From positions 48,608,001 to 48,672,000 of the forward strand of contig OZ024740.1 of assembly GCA_964016885.1 (NCBI GenBank): a stretch of DNA of 64,000 nucleotides, written 5' to 3'. The stretch comes from Eledone cirrhosa. Taxonomy: Eukaryota. The notes under the pieces were generated by a model. It worked only from the letters and a program-made list of their open reading frames with translations. It searched no databases and was not told where the DNA came from. A program made the position numbers and the translations under genes. Below, one piece after another: positions 40,576 to 53,915 of this stretch. Numbering within the stretch: position 1 is the first letter of the stretch; every line of letters begins with the position of its first letter.

Positions 40576-43500
40576 TATATATATGTGTACACACACACTC
40601 ACAATATGCTGAGTGATCATGTAGAGGCACACCTGGATCATATTTCTTTTTTTCTTTTGTATTTAATTCATTCAGTTTCTAGTGTTTACATGTGTTGTGA
40701 TATAAGCATTTTCGTTGTGCCATTCATAGGTAGACATTTAGTTTTACTTTTTGTTGTTTGAGGCTATATTTGTACCAGAATTAACTGTCACGTGATATAC
40801 TGTTGTTTGTTATTGGCCTCTTTTATGACTCATTAAAGTTTTTTCCCCATGAAAACAATCTGACATGTATCATAGTAAGGTGAATGCGTGTGTTTTTTAA
40901 ATATAGATATTTTCATGTTTACAATTAGGCTTTCACGTAGCATTTACATTGACATCTGACTGGTGACTGTGATATAGAAAGAAATACTATCTATATTTAG
41001 CTTGTCAAAATACTGTAAAATCGTTTATTTCCTAGAGTTCTCTTGTAAATTCTACCTTGTATGGTGTTCAGCCATTTTAGAATTTTTTCTTTTTTAAAAG
41101 AAGTTAGTGGCACAGAATGAGAAGTAGTGCCCATGATCCTTGCAGACTCGAGATTGTTGAAAATATGTGGCTGGTTCTCAGCCAGACACCACCACTCAAG
41201 CTTTTGAACTGACACAAAAATACACTGGATGGTAAAATAAGTGAAACACAATTTGACTATTATGATGCAAACTTATTCAGCCCAAAACTCTGCTACTTAA
41301 ACTCTGAAAGACTTTAAAGTGTTTGCTTAACTCTAGTTTCATGACATAAAGTGGATGAGAAATTTCTTTCCTGGATAGGTCTCCAGTCTACTTGCAATCA
41401 TTTATGACAGTTTTTTTTCCATGCTCACATAGGCTGGACGGCATCATCTTATGCAATAGCAAAGAGAACAACTAATTATTGATTTTTGTATGTCATGTGA
41501 TTTCACATGGCTTTTATGCCTGAGTCCCCTTCTTATTATCAACCATTTTACAGCACAAACTGGATGTGTTACCATTATACTACAGCCACTAGAAATTGTC
41601 AGCCAGGAGTAAAGAGTCTCCTCTACTCTGCAACAATTTGTATTCAGTTACTCATAGACATGTTGCCTTTCTTCCAGCTTGTGGAGACCATGGCTACTCC
41701 AATGCTTCTTTCTTACAGGTAATAATTCCTGTAGGATGTCTTACATATTCCTTGACAGCAATGTACAATAAACTAATGTAAAAAGTGTTCTGTTCAGCGA
41801 AACAACTGTTATGAAACAGTCTTATCCACTTGACCATTTCAACTCTACAACTAATAATTATTAGTTATTTGTCCCAGATGATCCTTCAGTTGTTACATAT
41901 ACTTTGAGGCATTTACATTACTCTATATTTACTATTGTATTTTCATGGTAAACACTTTACCTCACACATCAAATCTATGAGATTTTGATATTATTTATTT
42001 TGAGAACAATACCTTAACATCGGTATGAGTGGCCAGTTATGGCCTGTTTGAACAGAATGAGGTGAGAGAATACTGGCTGGATATGGCTGGTTTAAATGCT
42101 AAAGGATTAATTAAAATGAAGTGATTTTAAACAAACAATATACGTTTTGGTTTCCTGCTTCAAACATAGAAAGTATGATTACTATTGGTTTTAATCCATT
42201 TCTAGAGAAATTTCAATATCATATTTTTACAGAAACAAGAAATAACTATTTTTTCAGATCACAAAATGAAAGTACAAACATTTTTTTGTAATTAAATAAT
42301 TACCTTTTTATATATATAAAAAAAAAATAATAATAATATTAACCACCACCAAATACCTTGGTGTTAAAATCTTAAAATTCCACATAATTCAGTAGAATTT
42401 GTTTTTTATATTTTGTAATAGCGTCATTGATATTGGCGTGTTATGTATGAGCTGGTAAGTCAACATAGGTAATTAGTATTTATTGACTTTTCACTGCAAT
42501 GTTCTCACCAAATAAACATAGAAGGCAAACAAAAAGCAGAATACCAGACTCTATATGTAAGATCAATTAGAAGAAATTATTTTGCAACATTTAGGTTTTT
42601 AGAAAACACCCAGAAATTCTAATGAAGTCTTTTACCGACCTTGTTAATAAAGTTGACATTAGCTAATGTAATGTTGGTAGTGATATCATTAGTAATTATT
42701 TATTCAATTATTTGTTTTATCTTCTGTTACACAATATTTCAAGATTGGTTTATATTTTTTACTTTTGGCCTTTGTGGGGAAAGGAGTTAATTTCATACAA
42801 TTTCCTTTTTAACCCATTTAACACCAACCCATCTGAAACCACCCGTGGTTTTAAGATATATCTGCTCCTTTTAAAGTGCTCATACTTATATTAAAACTTT
42901 TCATCATTATTTTATGTAAAAACATTTTGGTAAGTAATGCTCCAAACATCAGTTTAATAACTAAGATTGACCAATACTATGAGAGTAAAATTTGGTAAAC
43001 TGTGTGTGGATAGTTTTATGTTCATATCCAATACTGTAACAATTCAACAAAACAGAATAAAATATATACCAGTTTTTAAAAGTCTTGGTATCAATATAAA
43101 CAAAATCCCTTCAATGCGGTGTACTAGCATGACTGCAGTCTGACAAACAAATAAAAGAATGACTGGCTTCTGCACAATTTTCATCTACCAAATTCTGCTA
43201 GCTAACTTGAGTCTATGGTAGAAGATACTTGCCTAATAGACTGTGTGGTTATAAAATGAACTTTATAGCTATGCTTGTGACCTTTATTAACCTTCAGCAC
43301 GCTGATGGCGACAAGAGAGTAATCTCCCCTTAATACATAATGCAATGTCAAGGGAAGCAATTCAAAAAAAATTCAGCATCTTAAAGGTTAATAGTGGCAC
43401 TCCTCAAGTTTTATCCACTACTTAATCTACAATGTGCAAATCCACCATACATTTTGACTTAATGATGGACAGAAACCAGAGTCTGAAGAACTAATATTGA

Positions 43501-43870
43501 TCTGTCAACAAAAGTCCATCAATAAAGTTTACACATTTGCAAATAATTTTTTTTTTCCTAGTCACAAAGTTTTAAGAAAAAAGAAATGATGTAGTGATCG
43601 TTAAGCTTTTCTGAAAGACATTAGTGACGTAAGTGGGTTGAATAAAACAATAATAGTAATGACAATGATTTTCAAATTTGTGACACAGAAAGAAAAGAAA
43701 AAGTAGAAAAGGATAGCTATACAGTTTTGTTTTTTGTAATCTAATTGTTCTACGTTCTGTTAACTCATATTTTAGTTTGTTCCAGTTTAATGTAGGTTTT
43801 AAAAACATTACACATTTTATCTGACTTTATGAGAATGGGAATTTCTTGTTCAACTTTTGACTGTTAGTCC

Positions 43871-44084
43871 TTAACCCTTTAGCATTTAAACCGGCCATAT
43901 CCGGCCAGAATTCTCTCACCTCTTTCTGTTCAAACCAGCCATAAATGGCTGCTTATACTTGTGTTAAGGTATTGTTCTCAAAATAAATATCAAAATAGAT
44001 AGATTCAATATTATGTGAGATAATTATGTAAGATAAAGCCTTTACCATGAAAATATAGAGTAATGTAAAATGCTAAAGGGTTAA
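43871..44084. mobile_element. piggyBac-type (TTAA) MITE, family A
   Basis: TTAA-CCCTTTAGCATTT...AATGCTAAAGGG-TTAA. Other copies at ~12452-12645, 40024-40250, 41908-42110 and 46006-46204. Confidence 0.85.
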
Positions 44085-44431
44085 AGTAATATTTTAACCC
44101 TTTTGATACAAAACAGTCTGATTGCCACTCTCTCTGTTTATCTTAAAGTGTTTATATCTATCTTTAAAAAAACATCTATCATAATTTTATATAAGAACAT
44201 TTAAATTATGCTCAAAACACCAGTAAAATGAGAAAATCATATTACTAAATTCTTCCAAATACTTGATTATTTTCAAAGTTTTTTTTTTTATTTTTTTATT
44301 TTTTTTTTATTTTTATTATCTTTTTTTTTTTATATTAGAAATATGGTAACTAAAAGGTTAAAGAATTTGCAGAATATTTTCTTAGAAAAAGAAATGGTTT
44401 TTTTCCTCTAATTATTAGAATTTATAAACAA

Positions 44432-44717
44432 TGCTCCCACACCCTCCCACTGCAAAGTGGTCGTGGAGGTGCCATAGCAAAAAAGCACCCAGCCTACACT
44501 GTAGAGTGGACGTGTAGGCGCCACGGAAAAAAGCACCCAGCACTCACTGTAAATGAGGTTGGTGTTAGGAAGGGCATCCAGCTGTAGAAATCAACCCAGA
44601 ATCAGTTCCTGTATGAGCAAGACAAGGTCAGCCGACTGGACACTGGGTGCCCACAACAGGACAACCTATCTAATCCATGCTAGCGTGGAAGAACGGACGT
44701 AAAACGATGATGATGAA
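44432..44717 (+). mobile_element. RTE-tailed SINE fragment
   Basis: TTAGGAAGGGCATCCAGCTGTAGAAA body and CCATGCTAGCGTGGAAGAACGGACGTAAAACGATGATGATG tail. Relatives at 48325-48570, 48622-48970, 57450-57590 and 61240-61510. Confidence 0.75.
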
Positions 44718-44724
44718 TCATTAA

Positions 44725-45121
44725 GTTTATTTCTTTGTATGCTTATTACAAGAAATACTTAGAATTTCTTAGAATTCATTAATAAAAAAAAAAAAAAGAA
44801 AAAAAAAGTGGTAGCATTCAACTATTATCTCCAATGTAAGATACTATTCAAAACACCAAACCTCCCATCTTCTTTACAGCAAATCTATTAGTCATTCAGC
44901 TGTTGGCTTTTTCCTTACTGCATAAGTAGTTCTAATTAAATTTTTTGTGCTTACTGCATTAAATATATTTACACTAGCTTAACGTATACTACATTGTGAA
45001 TGTATTATTTACAGACACAAACTACCAGTAGTTTCCCCAGCTTCTACTGTTTCACTTTAGTGTATATATTATTTTAGTTACTCCAACAAACAGCTATTGT
45101 TTTATTCTATTTACATCTTTC
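44725..45121 (-). repeat. Right arm of the near-perfect long inverted repeat (partner 31731-32119)
   Basis: Reverse complement of the left arm with a few substitutions and short indels. Confidence 0.95.
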
Positions 45122-48100
45122 ATCTGTTAAAGGGAATTATGATCATTGATAACATTCTAACACATTTTAAAAATATATTCCAATTCTTTGGGGATTTGTT
45201 ATTTAATCTCTTAGTCAGAGGAGGAAGACTGGTTTTTCCTCCTACTGAAACTGGGAGGGGGTGGACAGAAGAAAGGAAGAAAGCCCAACTAATAAGTTAC
45301 TACAGTAGGAAGCAGCATAAGTTATCCTTAGGTCAGAATGTTTACAACAATGTTAAATACACCAACTGGCTAGGTGATGTGAAGCCTATCACACAAGAAC
45401 AGTCACTCTGACAGGCTTCTACATTGTTTCTATTTAGCCAATTTCATTTATACCACTTAAATTGACTCATTGAAGACATGCCTATAGTACTGCACTGTTG
45501 AATTGAACGTGGAACAATGTAATTTATTTTCTTAACCAGACATCCATGCTGTTTGAATTTTCTTTAATTGTTTGGATAATATAGCTCTAGATACACTCTG
45601 ATCATTGCATTCTGAATTCAGCTTCGATTTTCAAACTTCCTGGTTGCTAAAATAATACCATTCATGTAAATTTATATTTCTATAAATGGATCCAAGATAT
45701 TGTAAACAATTTCTATTATCTTCAGGTCAGCTCTGATTTAACACGCATGACAAAGACTTTCCAGTTATGATCATCTGGTCTTGTTTCCAATAGTAGTGCA
45801 TCTAAGATTACATTATTCAAGATGTGCTTACTTCCTTTTTAAGATTGTAGAATATGATTTGGGAGAGATGTGTCTGCTGTTTTTAGCAAATCAAGTAAAT
45901 GCGTAAAGGCTATGTCATGTTGATTTGTAAATAACGAAAGTCTATTGAAATGGTTTACTCCTAATGCTCAACACCATAAAACAAAGAAATAAGAGAGTTC
46001 ATGTATTAACCCTTTAGCATTTAAACCAGCCATATCTGGCCAGAATTCTCTCACTTCTTTCTGTTCAAACCAACCATAACCAGCTATTCCTACCAATGTT
46101 ATGGTATTGTTCTCAAAATAAATATCAAAATCTCATAGATTCAATATTGTGAGATGTGCAAATACAATTGTAAATATAGAATAATGCAAATGTAAAAGGG
46201 TTAATAGTTATTGTTAATCCTGTTCAAGCAGACCTGTGGTCGAAGGGATTCCAGCAATGGAATTGGTTTGTAGAATATTATTTAATTTGAGCTGTTCTTC
46301 TATAAGGCAGTATGGTAGGATTTGAGGTAGCTTTGGCTGCTATTTTTAGTTCATGTGAACTAAAATAAATTCAGATATTTCCCGATAGCATCAAATCTAC
46401 TAAACACCTTGATTGAGGGGAATCATTGAGAAAGTTTCTTGATCGACATTGTTTAAACCATTGGACAGATGGAGCTTCATTTTTATAGGCAGAATGAATA
46501 TTCCTTGTCATGTATGTTGCTGAGGAACCGTTTTGTATTCATACAGCATACAATGACTTATGTGACTCATCAGCATTCATTTTAGAGGGGTCAAATTGCA
46601 CAATATTAACATTAAATTAATCTGGGAAAAAAAAAAAAAAAAAAAAAAGCATTAGGACAAAAAATTAAAAGTTTATATTGCAGTCAGTATTGAAAAAGTG
46701 TTTTTAAAGTCATTATATATAAAATGCAACAGGAATTCTAACTAATAGTTATTTCTTTGCTGGTTAAGAATGATATCCTCACTTCTCCAGTCACTGTGTG
46801 TTGGAGGTGGGATTTACAAACCAAAATAGACAGAAAGTCAGGAAATGGTTGGTGAACATGAGTGAAAAACATTGAGGTTAACATTAAATTGTAACCACTT
46901 GTAAATCTCAACACCTTTTGTTATTTAGTTTCCATATTGTTCAAGTATTTCTATAGATTTTTCACCAATCTGTATGCAGGGGATTGGCAGTACCGGTAGA
47001 GGGTCGGACACCATGCTTTCCAGCATAGTTACGTCCCTTTATGGTCTAAGTTCAAATCCCGCCGAGGTTAACTTTGCCTTTCATCCTTACGGGGTCGATA
47101 AATTAAAAGTACCATAATGCACTGGGTAATTGCTGGCCTTGTGCCAAAAGTAGAAACAATTATTTTCATGGAAAGAAAAAGAGGCATCAGTTGGACAAGT
47201 TTTAATCCTTTCTTGAGATTTCATCATATACTAAATATACTTTTCTTTTGTTATATTTCAAATGCCATCAGTATGTATTTTTTTTGTTCCAAATATCTTA
47301 ATATACCAGTATGTATTGTATTTTGTTGTGTTCAACACCATAATATACGAAATATGAGAACATTTGTGCAGAGTTTATATAGATATAGAAAGCAAACAAC
47401 TATCAAAAATGGAAATATTTGTTTGCTCTTTGATTTGATTTTAGAGATGCCCTAGTATATTAAGGCTTTCCAGGTTAGGTAATTCAAACTGGTGAGGTCT
47501 AGCATATATGAGATGCATCTGACTCTGTAAGGTTGAAGTTTTTCAGGAGAGGTGGGAGTGTATTAGGGTTTATTTTTTAAATTTATTTTTTTTCCCTTGA
47601 AACCAACCATGTCGTTAAATGTTATTAGGTTAACATTTAGTGGAAGCTGATGAGTTTTAACTCTTTTCTTACCATATTTTCAACAAAAGATGCTATTTAT
47701 GGTTTTCAAATAATTTCAAAATAAAAAAAATTTGAAAAGATTTAGTAATACAACTGACTTTCTCATTAAGTTGGTGTCTAAAACATAACTTAATAAATGT
47801 TCTTGCATAGAATTATGATAGGTTTTTAAATAACACTTTAAAGCAGTTTCATATTCTAAAGCTAATGATGGTTTTAAGCAGTTTGGTACCAAAAGGGTTG
47901 ATTATGAATCGGTTACTGGAGAAGAAAGAAGGATAATTAATAAAGAGATATATCTACAAATGAAGAATAGATTTGGTTGAGTTTGACAGAAGATAAATCA
48001 TTCTTGAAGATGAGAGAAAAACTAATGGGGAAGACAAAGTTTGTGTGGTGGAGTCAAATGGCTCACTGTATATTATCAATTAAGATAGTCATTGAGAAAA

Positions 48101-50838
48101 CATCAGATTCATGATTAGTTCAAGTATATTTCAAAGGAAGGAATTTTAGTTTGCTTGTACAGAAGCAGGACTTATTTTCAAAAGCTCAGTTAATATGTAT
48201 AACATAGAAATAGAAATATGAAGACATCCTTTAGCAATCTGTTATCTTGACATACTGCAACAACAATATTTCAAGAAGAGATTCAGTTCCAGAGGTTTCT
48301 TAGTCACTTTCAATTTAAAATATTCATCATCACTGTTTAACGTTCATTTTCCATGCTAGCATCGGTTAGACGAGCTGTCCCATTGTGAGACAAGCCAAGT
48401 TGGATGACCATGTCTTGCTCATAAGGAACTAATTTTGGCTTGGTTTCTATGGCTGGATGCCTTTCCTAACGCAAACCACATTTACAGTGTCTACTGAGTG
48501 TTTTTTCTCATGACATCTACACAACTATTTTACAGTGTGGGCTGGGCACTTCCTATCGTGACACCTACACAACCACTTCAAATTGCTGGCCTTGTGCCTA
48601 AAGTAGAAAGAATTGTTATTATTCATCATCGTTTAACGTCCGTGTTCCTTGCTTGCATGGGTTTGGACGGGAGTTTTCCCACTTGAGGCAAGAGTGGTTG
48701 TCTTGCTCGCGTAGGACTGTCTGGCGGGTTTTCTACAGTTGGATGCCCTTCCTAACACCAACCACATTTACAGTGTGGGGCTGGGAGGTTTTTACCGTGT
48801 TGCCTACACGGCCACATTACAGCGTGGACTGTCTGGCAGGTTTTCTACAGCTGGATGCCCTTCCTAACACCAACCACATTTACAGTGTGGGACTGGGACG
48901 TTTTTACCATGTTGCCTAAACGGTCACATTACAGCGTGGACTGTGTGTTTTTTTGTCGTGACACCTACACGATCTCATTTGTTTCGGCCTGGATATGTAT
49001 CAATATTAAATTGTTGCATTGGCCTTGCAATAAAGTGAATAAACATTTAAGTAGATTGATTTCTAGTATATTTCATTTAAATTTTCTAAGACGAAAATTT
49101 CCGTAAGCATCATATTTGCATATATTTGGCAGCCATTTTTCAAATTCGTCTGCAACTACTAACATTCCATGAATATCTGTATTTATTCTGCAGTACACTT
49201 CCTTTAATGTAGTTGATTGAAGGCCACTGGCAGGTTTCAAATACGCTAGTTGTAACAGTAGTAACGCCTTGTGAGCAATGGAAAGGGGATAAACTTACAC
49301 AAGTTAACTAATAAAAGAAAAAATAAACAACTATATAGTTTTAAAATTCTATATAAATAAGACCAGTTTTTTTTGTTTTGTTTTGTTTGTTTTTCATTTG
49401 AGATTTCATATTTGCATATTTGTCTGCTTTCTCTCTTGCTGCAGTCTGTCTATTTTTGTCTTTCACTCAATATTTTATTCTTACAATTCTACTTGCCTCT
49501 CCTTCCTAACAAGGTGTTGTCTATTGTTGGATAACCTCAAAGGTCACCATTGATTGAGCAGCCATATGATCTAGCTTTGATTATCCTGTTTGCTTATACA
49601 TTGGACTACACTGCTCAATATGTTCTTCCATATTTTTATGATGCTATAGTGTGATTTGAAAGAGTTTGGCTGCTATTTCTTGCTGGTTAAGTAACTGAAT
49701 AAGTTAAATCCACTAGTCATTATTAATTCTTAATTGAAGCTATTTCATTTCCTTAACACTACTAATGGATATATGTTCAGTAAAGGCATGATTGTCACAA
49801 AACCTTATATCCATTTATAATTTTTCAGGTTCCATTTCTACATAAGAAAAAAAAGTTGATTGCCATAAAATAAAATAGAGGTGTGCACTTTAGTTTTAAT
49901 TTCTGATTGTAACTGTATCACTTCATCATCGTTTTACGTCCATTCTCCATGCTGGGGTGGTGCTTACTGTATATATGCTTCAGCTTCGGCCTGTACCCAT
50001 GGGAAGTTCAGTCTTCTGTATTACTGTATAATGCCAGAGATTTTGGTCCTGTGTAATCACCTTTGAAATGTGCAATTGGGCAAAGTCGGCTTTTATCACT
50101 TCATCCCAAGGCTTCCATCGACTTTGAGCAGTTTGCACCTTTTTATGCAGCTATCATCCTTCATATACACCACATGTCCATACCAACATAATCTCCTTTC
50201 TTGCACACAGCATTTGATTCCTCTTATACCTAGTCCATGAAAAAGACTGAAATGTCTCATCAGGGTTGACTTTGATTTTCATCTTTCCAAATTTGACAAA
50301 ATAAGTGACACTTATTTACTAGTGTCAGTATAAAATGTATGGTCTTTCACCCATGTCAGAAATCAATATGAGCCTTCTCTTCTTCCTGATGTTGCTACAA
50401 ATGTGAAGTTTTGTGCCAATATAAGAGATTATTATTTCAGATAGTTACGTCCCTTTACGTTCTGAGTTCAAATCCCACAGAGGTTAACTTTGCCTTTCAT
50501 CCTTATGGGGGTCGATAAAATAAAGTACCAGTAATATACTGAGTAATTGCTGGCCTGTGCCAAAAGTAGAAACAATTATTTCAGTTCTTTTCCTCCTGTT
50601 CAACTTCCATACTGCTCTTATATCATTCGTTGATACATTCTTTTATCCACCCACTTTTCAAAATCTTACTATGACAATGAGCTAATGAGGATGGGCCTTT
50701 GCATGGTTGCTTGATTTGCTAGAAATAGCACCCACATATGCAATATAGTGATTTGAAAAACTTCAATCAACTGAGATTATCCAAGCAATTAATAGATAAA
50801 ACTCCACCTAAAGATGTTTAAAATCTAAAAATAACCAG

Positions 50839-51170
50839 TCATCATCATCATTTCATTTTATGTCCGCTTTTCCCTGCTTGCAAGGGTGGGACGGGAACTG
50901 ATTCTGGTTTGATTTCTACAGCTGGATGCCCTTCCTAACACCAACCTCATTTACAGTGCTGGGTGCTTTTTTGCCGTGGCACGACCACTTTGCAGTGGAA
51001 TGATAGGGACCGCAGTCCCTATCATCTCATTTCTACAGCTGAGTAAACTGGAGCAATGTGAAATAAAGTGTCTTGCTCAAGGAAACAACACATCACCCGG
51101 TCTGAGAATTGAACTCACAACCTTTCGATTGCAAGCCCAAATGCTCTAACCACTAAGCCATGTGCCTCCA
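50839..51170 (-). mobile_element. Complete tRNA-headed SINE with CORE-like body, RTE 5'-UTR segment and RTE 3' tail
   Basis: Minus strand has A-box TGGCTTAGTGG, B-box GAGTTCAATTC, CCTTGAGCAAGACACTT, then TTAGGAAGGGCATCCA, then CCCGTCCCACCCTTGCAAGCAGGGAAAAGCGGAC and a (GAT)n tail. Confidence 0.8.
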
Positions 51171-53529
51171 TAAAGAAGATAACTTCAATTGATTGAACAT
51201 TTTGGGACAATGCAGATCAGTCTTTAAAATCAACTAGTAAAAGCAACAGACATGTTTCAAGAATATGCCATCAGGGAGATTCTAATAAAACCAAAACATG
51301 GCCACTGCTTTTACTAGTTGAAGTAATCTCCCTCATTTGATTTTACATGCACCGAATTACAATTAATTATATTACATGTGGTAGCCCACCATATTTCTAT
51401 ATATTTGTGTGTGTGTTTAAATATATTAATAAATATATTTTTGTCTATGTTGAATATAATACATAAATGAAATTTTGGATATCTACCTATATGATGGTGG
51501 CAGCACAGCACAGGTAACAAATTTATTGAAGTTTCTGTTTAATTTAAAGCCCCTTTGAATTAAACGGACTTCTTTGTTTACTGTTTGAATATGAGAATTT
51601 AGCTTTTATTGATAACATAACAAAAATGTCAGGAATGTATTCACTTCCCCACTGAGTGTGTACTATTCTCTCTCTCTGTTCTTTTGGCTTCTAATACACT
51701 CAACATATTCGACATTGTTTCTAGCCTTGCTTTATACTATATAAAAAATCTATATTACATGACCGAGTCAGAGAAGGATGGGCAACACACATGACCATTT
51801 AAGGTCATTGGAGACTGATGGGAAGAAGAGCTGAAGTGATACTCTGACTGGATCTCTCGCTGCATTCTTACAAAGAATGAACCCTGCTAAAAACTTTCAA
51901 TGTCAAGGAGTTGGTGTTAAAATGGGTGTTGATATTAAGACCACCACCCAAGAATAGTAAAGGTTCTTCTGATAAGCTTCCATCCACAAAATTACTCACA
52001 CAAGGCTTTCATTGACCATAGGCTTTGTAAAAGACACATGCACAAGGTTTCAAGATTAGAGAATGATTATAGTCGATTAGTTGAACTCTAATACTCAAAT
52101 TGTACTATTTTTATCTATCACATGTAAGTGAAATGCTCCATCCAGAAATAGATTAGAGAGTGAGCAAATTAGGAATGGCATCATGATTGACATGCTAGTG
52201 GTTACAATGGCCTTTGGCCATTTCTTCAGTGGGTAACACAAAGATTGTGCTATCAAAGCTAAGGCATGATGAAACTAAAGACATTTGATGGGCCTAGGTG
52301 ATGGAAGTATGATGTAGCAATATAGCCACAATTTGGTCTTTGATGGACTTGACATGCACATGCTACTCAATTCCAAACATATGCCCAGCTTTCCAGCAGC
52401 ATTTTGCTTAATTGTTTGGAATGGGTGAGTGAGAGGCCAGAGATTAGTGCCTACCTTGATCTCCTGCCACAATTCTCAGTGAAAGATGCAAGATACTGCA
52501 AAAATCTCATAACAACAGCTCTAGTTCATGAAAAGAGTTTGACCAGGTGCTTGGCATTTGCAATGTTATCTGGCATTTACAGTCCTCTACTTGTCTGGCA
52601 ATGTAGTCAGTGGATCTTCCAGGTTAGCAGTATACAGATGACTAGGAGTGAGAACATTTTAGAGAAATTCTGGGTGTCAATAAGAATGAATTGGCCTCTT
52701 GTGGAGAACTTTTGGCTTGGAGACTAAGAATAATTTCCAGAAATCCTTAGTGGTTTGGTAGTGCTACTGAAGCACCTTACTAGTTTGAAATGAACTCTAG
52801 AGTCACAGAAGTGCCATCAGCAGAACATGTCCAAGATGTGCACAGAACAAAACTGTTCTGTACACATTTGTTCAGTGTCTGAACATTACTGTTTAATTTA
52901 GGTGTAAGACAGATCTGACTTTCAACTGAATCCACTGAAAATTGCCTGACAGCTTTCCTTTAACTAGGAAAGGCAGGTAGTTTTCTTCTGTTGGTTGGCT
53001 ATAACAAAAAGTGGTTGTCTGATAAATGAGACTGAAAGAAGGGAAACCAGTTTAATTTTTGACCAAACCCACATTGAATTTTTCATGTTCCACTTGGAAA
53101 GGTAGGTGAAGATGAGGAGGAATATATTTTCCTCCAGGTAATTTGCATGTGACAATGGTGAACATAGCTCCATAGAAAGGTATGCATCTGTAGGTTAAGA
53201 GGATCAGTTGGGAGAGGATACTTGCCCCTCGGTAGTCAGGGTGATCCTGAACCTCTGGGGTACTTTGTTTGGCCCAAGGTGGTGGTCTATCATTTGAGGA
53301 CTCAGTCATACTTGGCTCATATTTTTCCTTCATACAGTTTCTATGTAGCCAGCCACTCTTTTTGTAACCTTTCTCTAATATTCCTTTCATCTATTGCTCT
53401 TATCTCAAATATAAGAAATCGTTATTATTGATGGATAGGCAGATTCATTGGAGTATTGGATGAAGTGCTTTGTCGCTAATCAACTTTCCCTTCCATCAAA
53501 TTGCTGGCCTTGTGCTTAAATTAAAGCCA

Positions 53530-53915
53530 ATATTATTAGCCACGCCCACCCCCAACATACACGAATACCGTGTGCTTGGTGAACATTCCGTTTTCTTGGA
53601 ATTTTTAATCGAATGCGTGGGTGGAAGGACGTACGAGTGGGTGTAAGTTGGGTCGCTTTCAACAAAGGCGTGACAATAAAAATAACTTAAATAGTATCAC
53701 CAGGGAAAGAAAAGCTCGAAGTTCAAATAGCGAGTGTAGTTCATTATCATGTTTATCTTTTTGCTTCCGGTCACTTATCATTGGCCACAACAGATTTTAA
53801 TTTTGTGCGTAGGTGGTTCGTAATTTTTAGTCTATATTTAATCCCCGATGTGTTTTTCATATCCCAGTCAGCCTGCTTCTGATTTGTCGAGTGTACAAAA
53901 AAAAAGGAAATGTAT
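53530..53915 (+). promoter_or_regulatory. Putative promoter and 5' non-coding exon of the TIR-domain gene
   Basis: GCCACGCCCAC box, CTTCCGG (ETS), ATTGG and CpG retention about 1.1 kb upstream of the acceptor-flanked ATG exon. Candidate donor AT|GTATGG at ~53911. Confidence 0.4.

Noticed and set aside
41055-41208. Possible minus-strand exon ending ...ATGGCTGAACACCATACAAG|GTAGAA
   Set aside because: Splice sites are moderate, there is no recognisable protein, and I found no partner exon.
52200-53400. GC-richer stretch with several short ORFs
   Set aside because: Probably a very decayed minus-strand LINE. No motif is secure enough to call and there is no exon structure.
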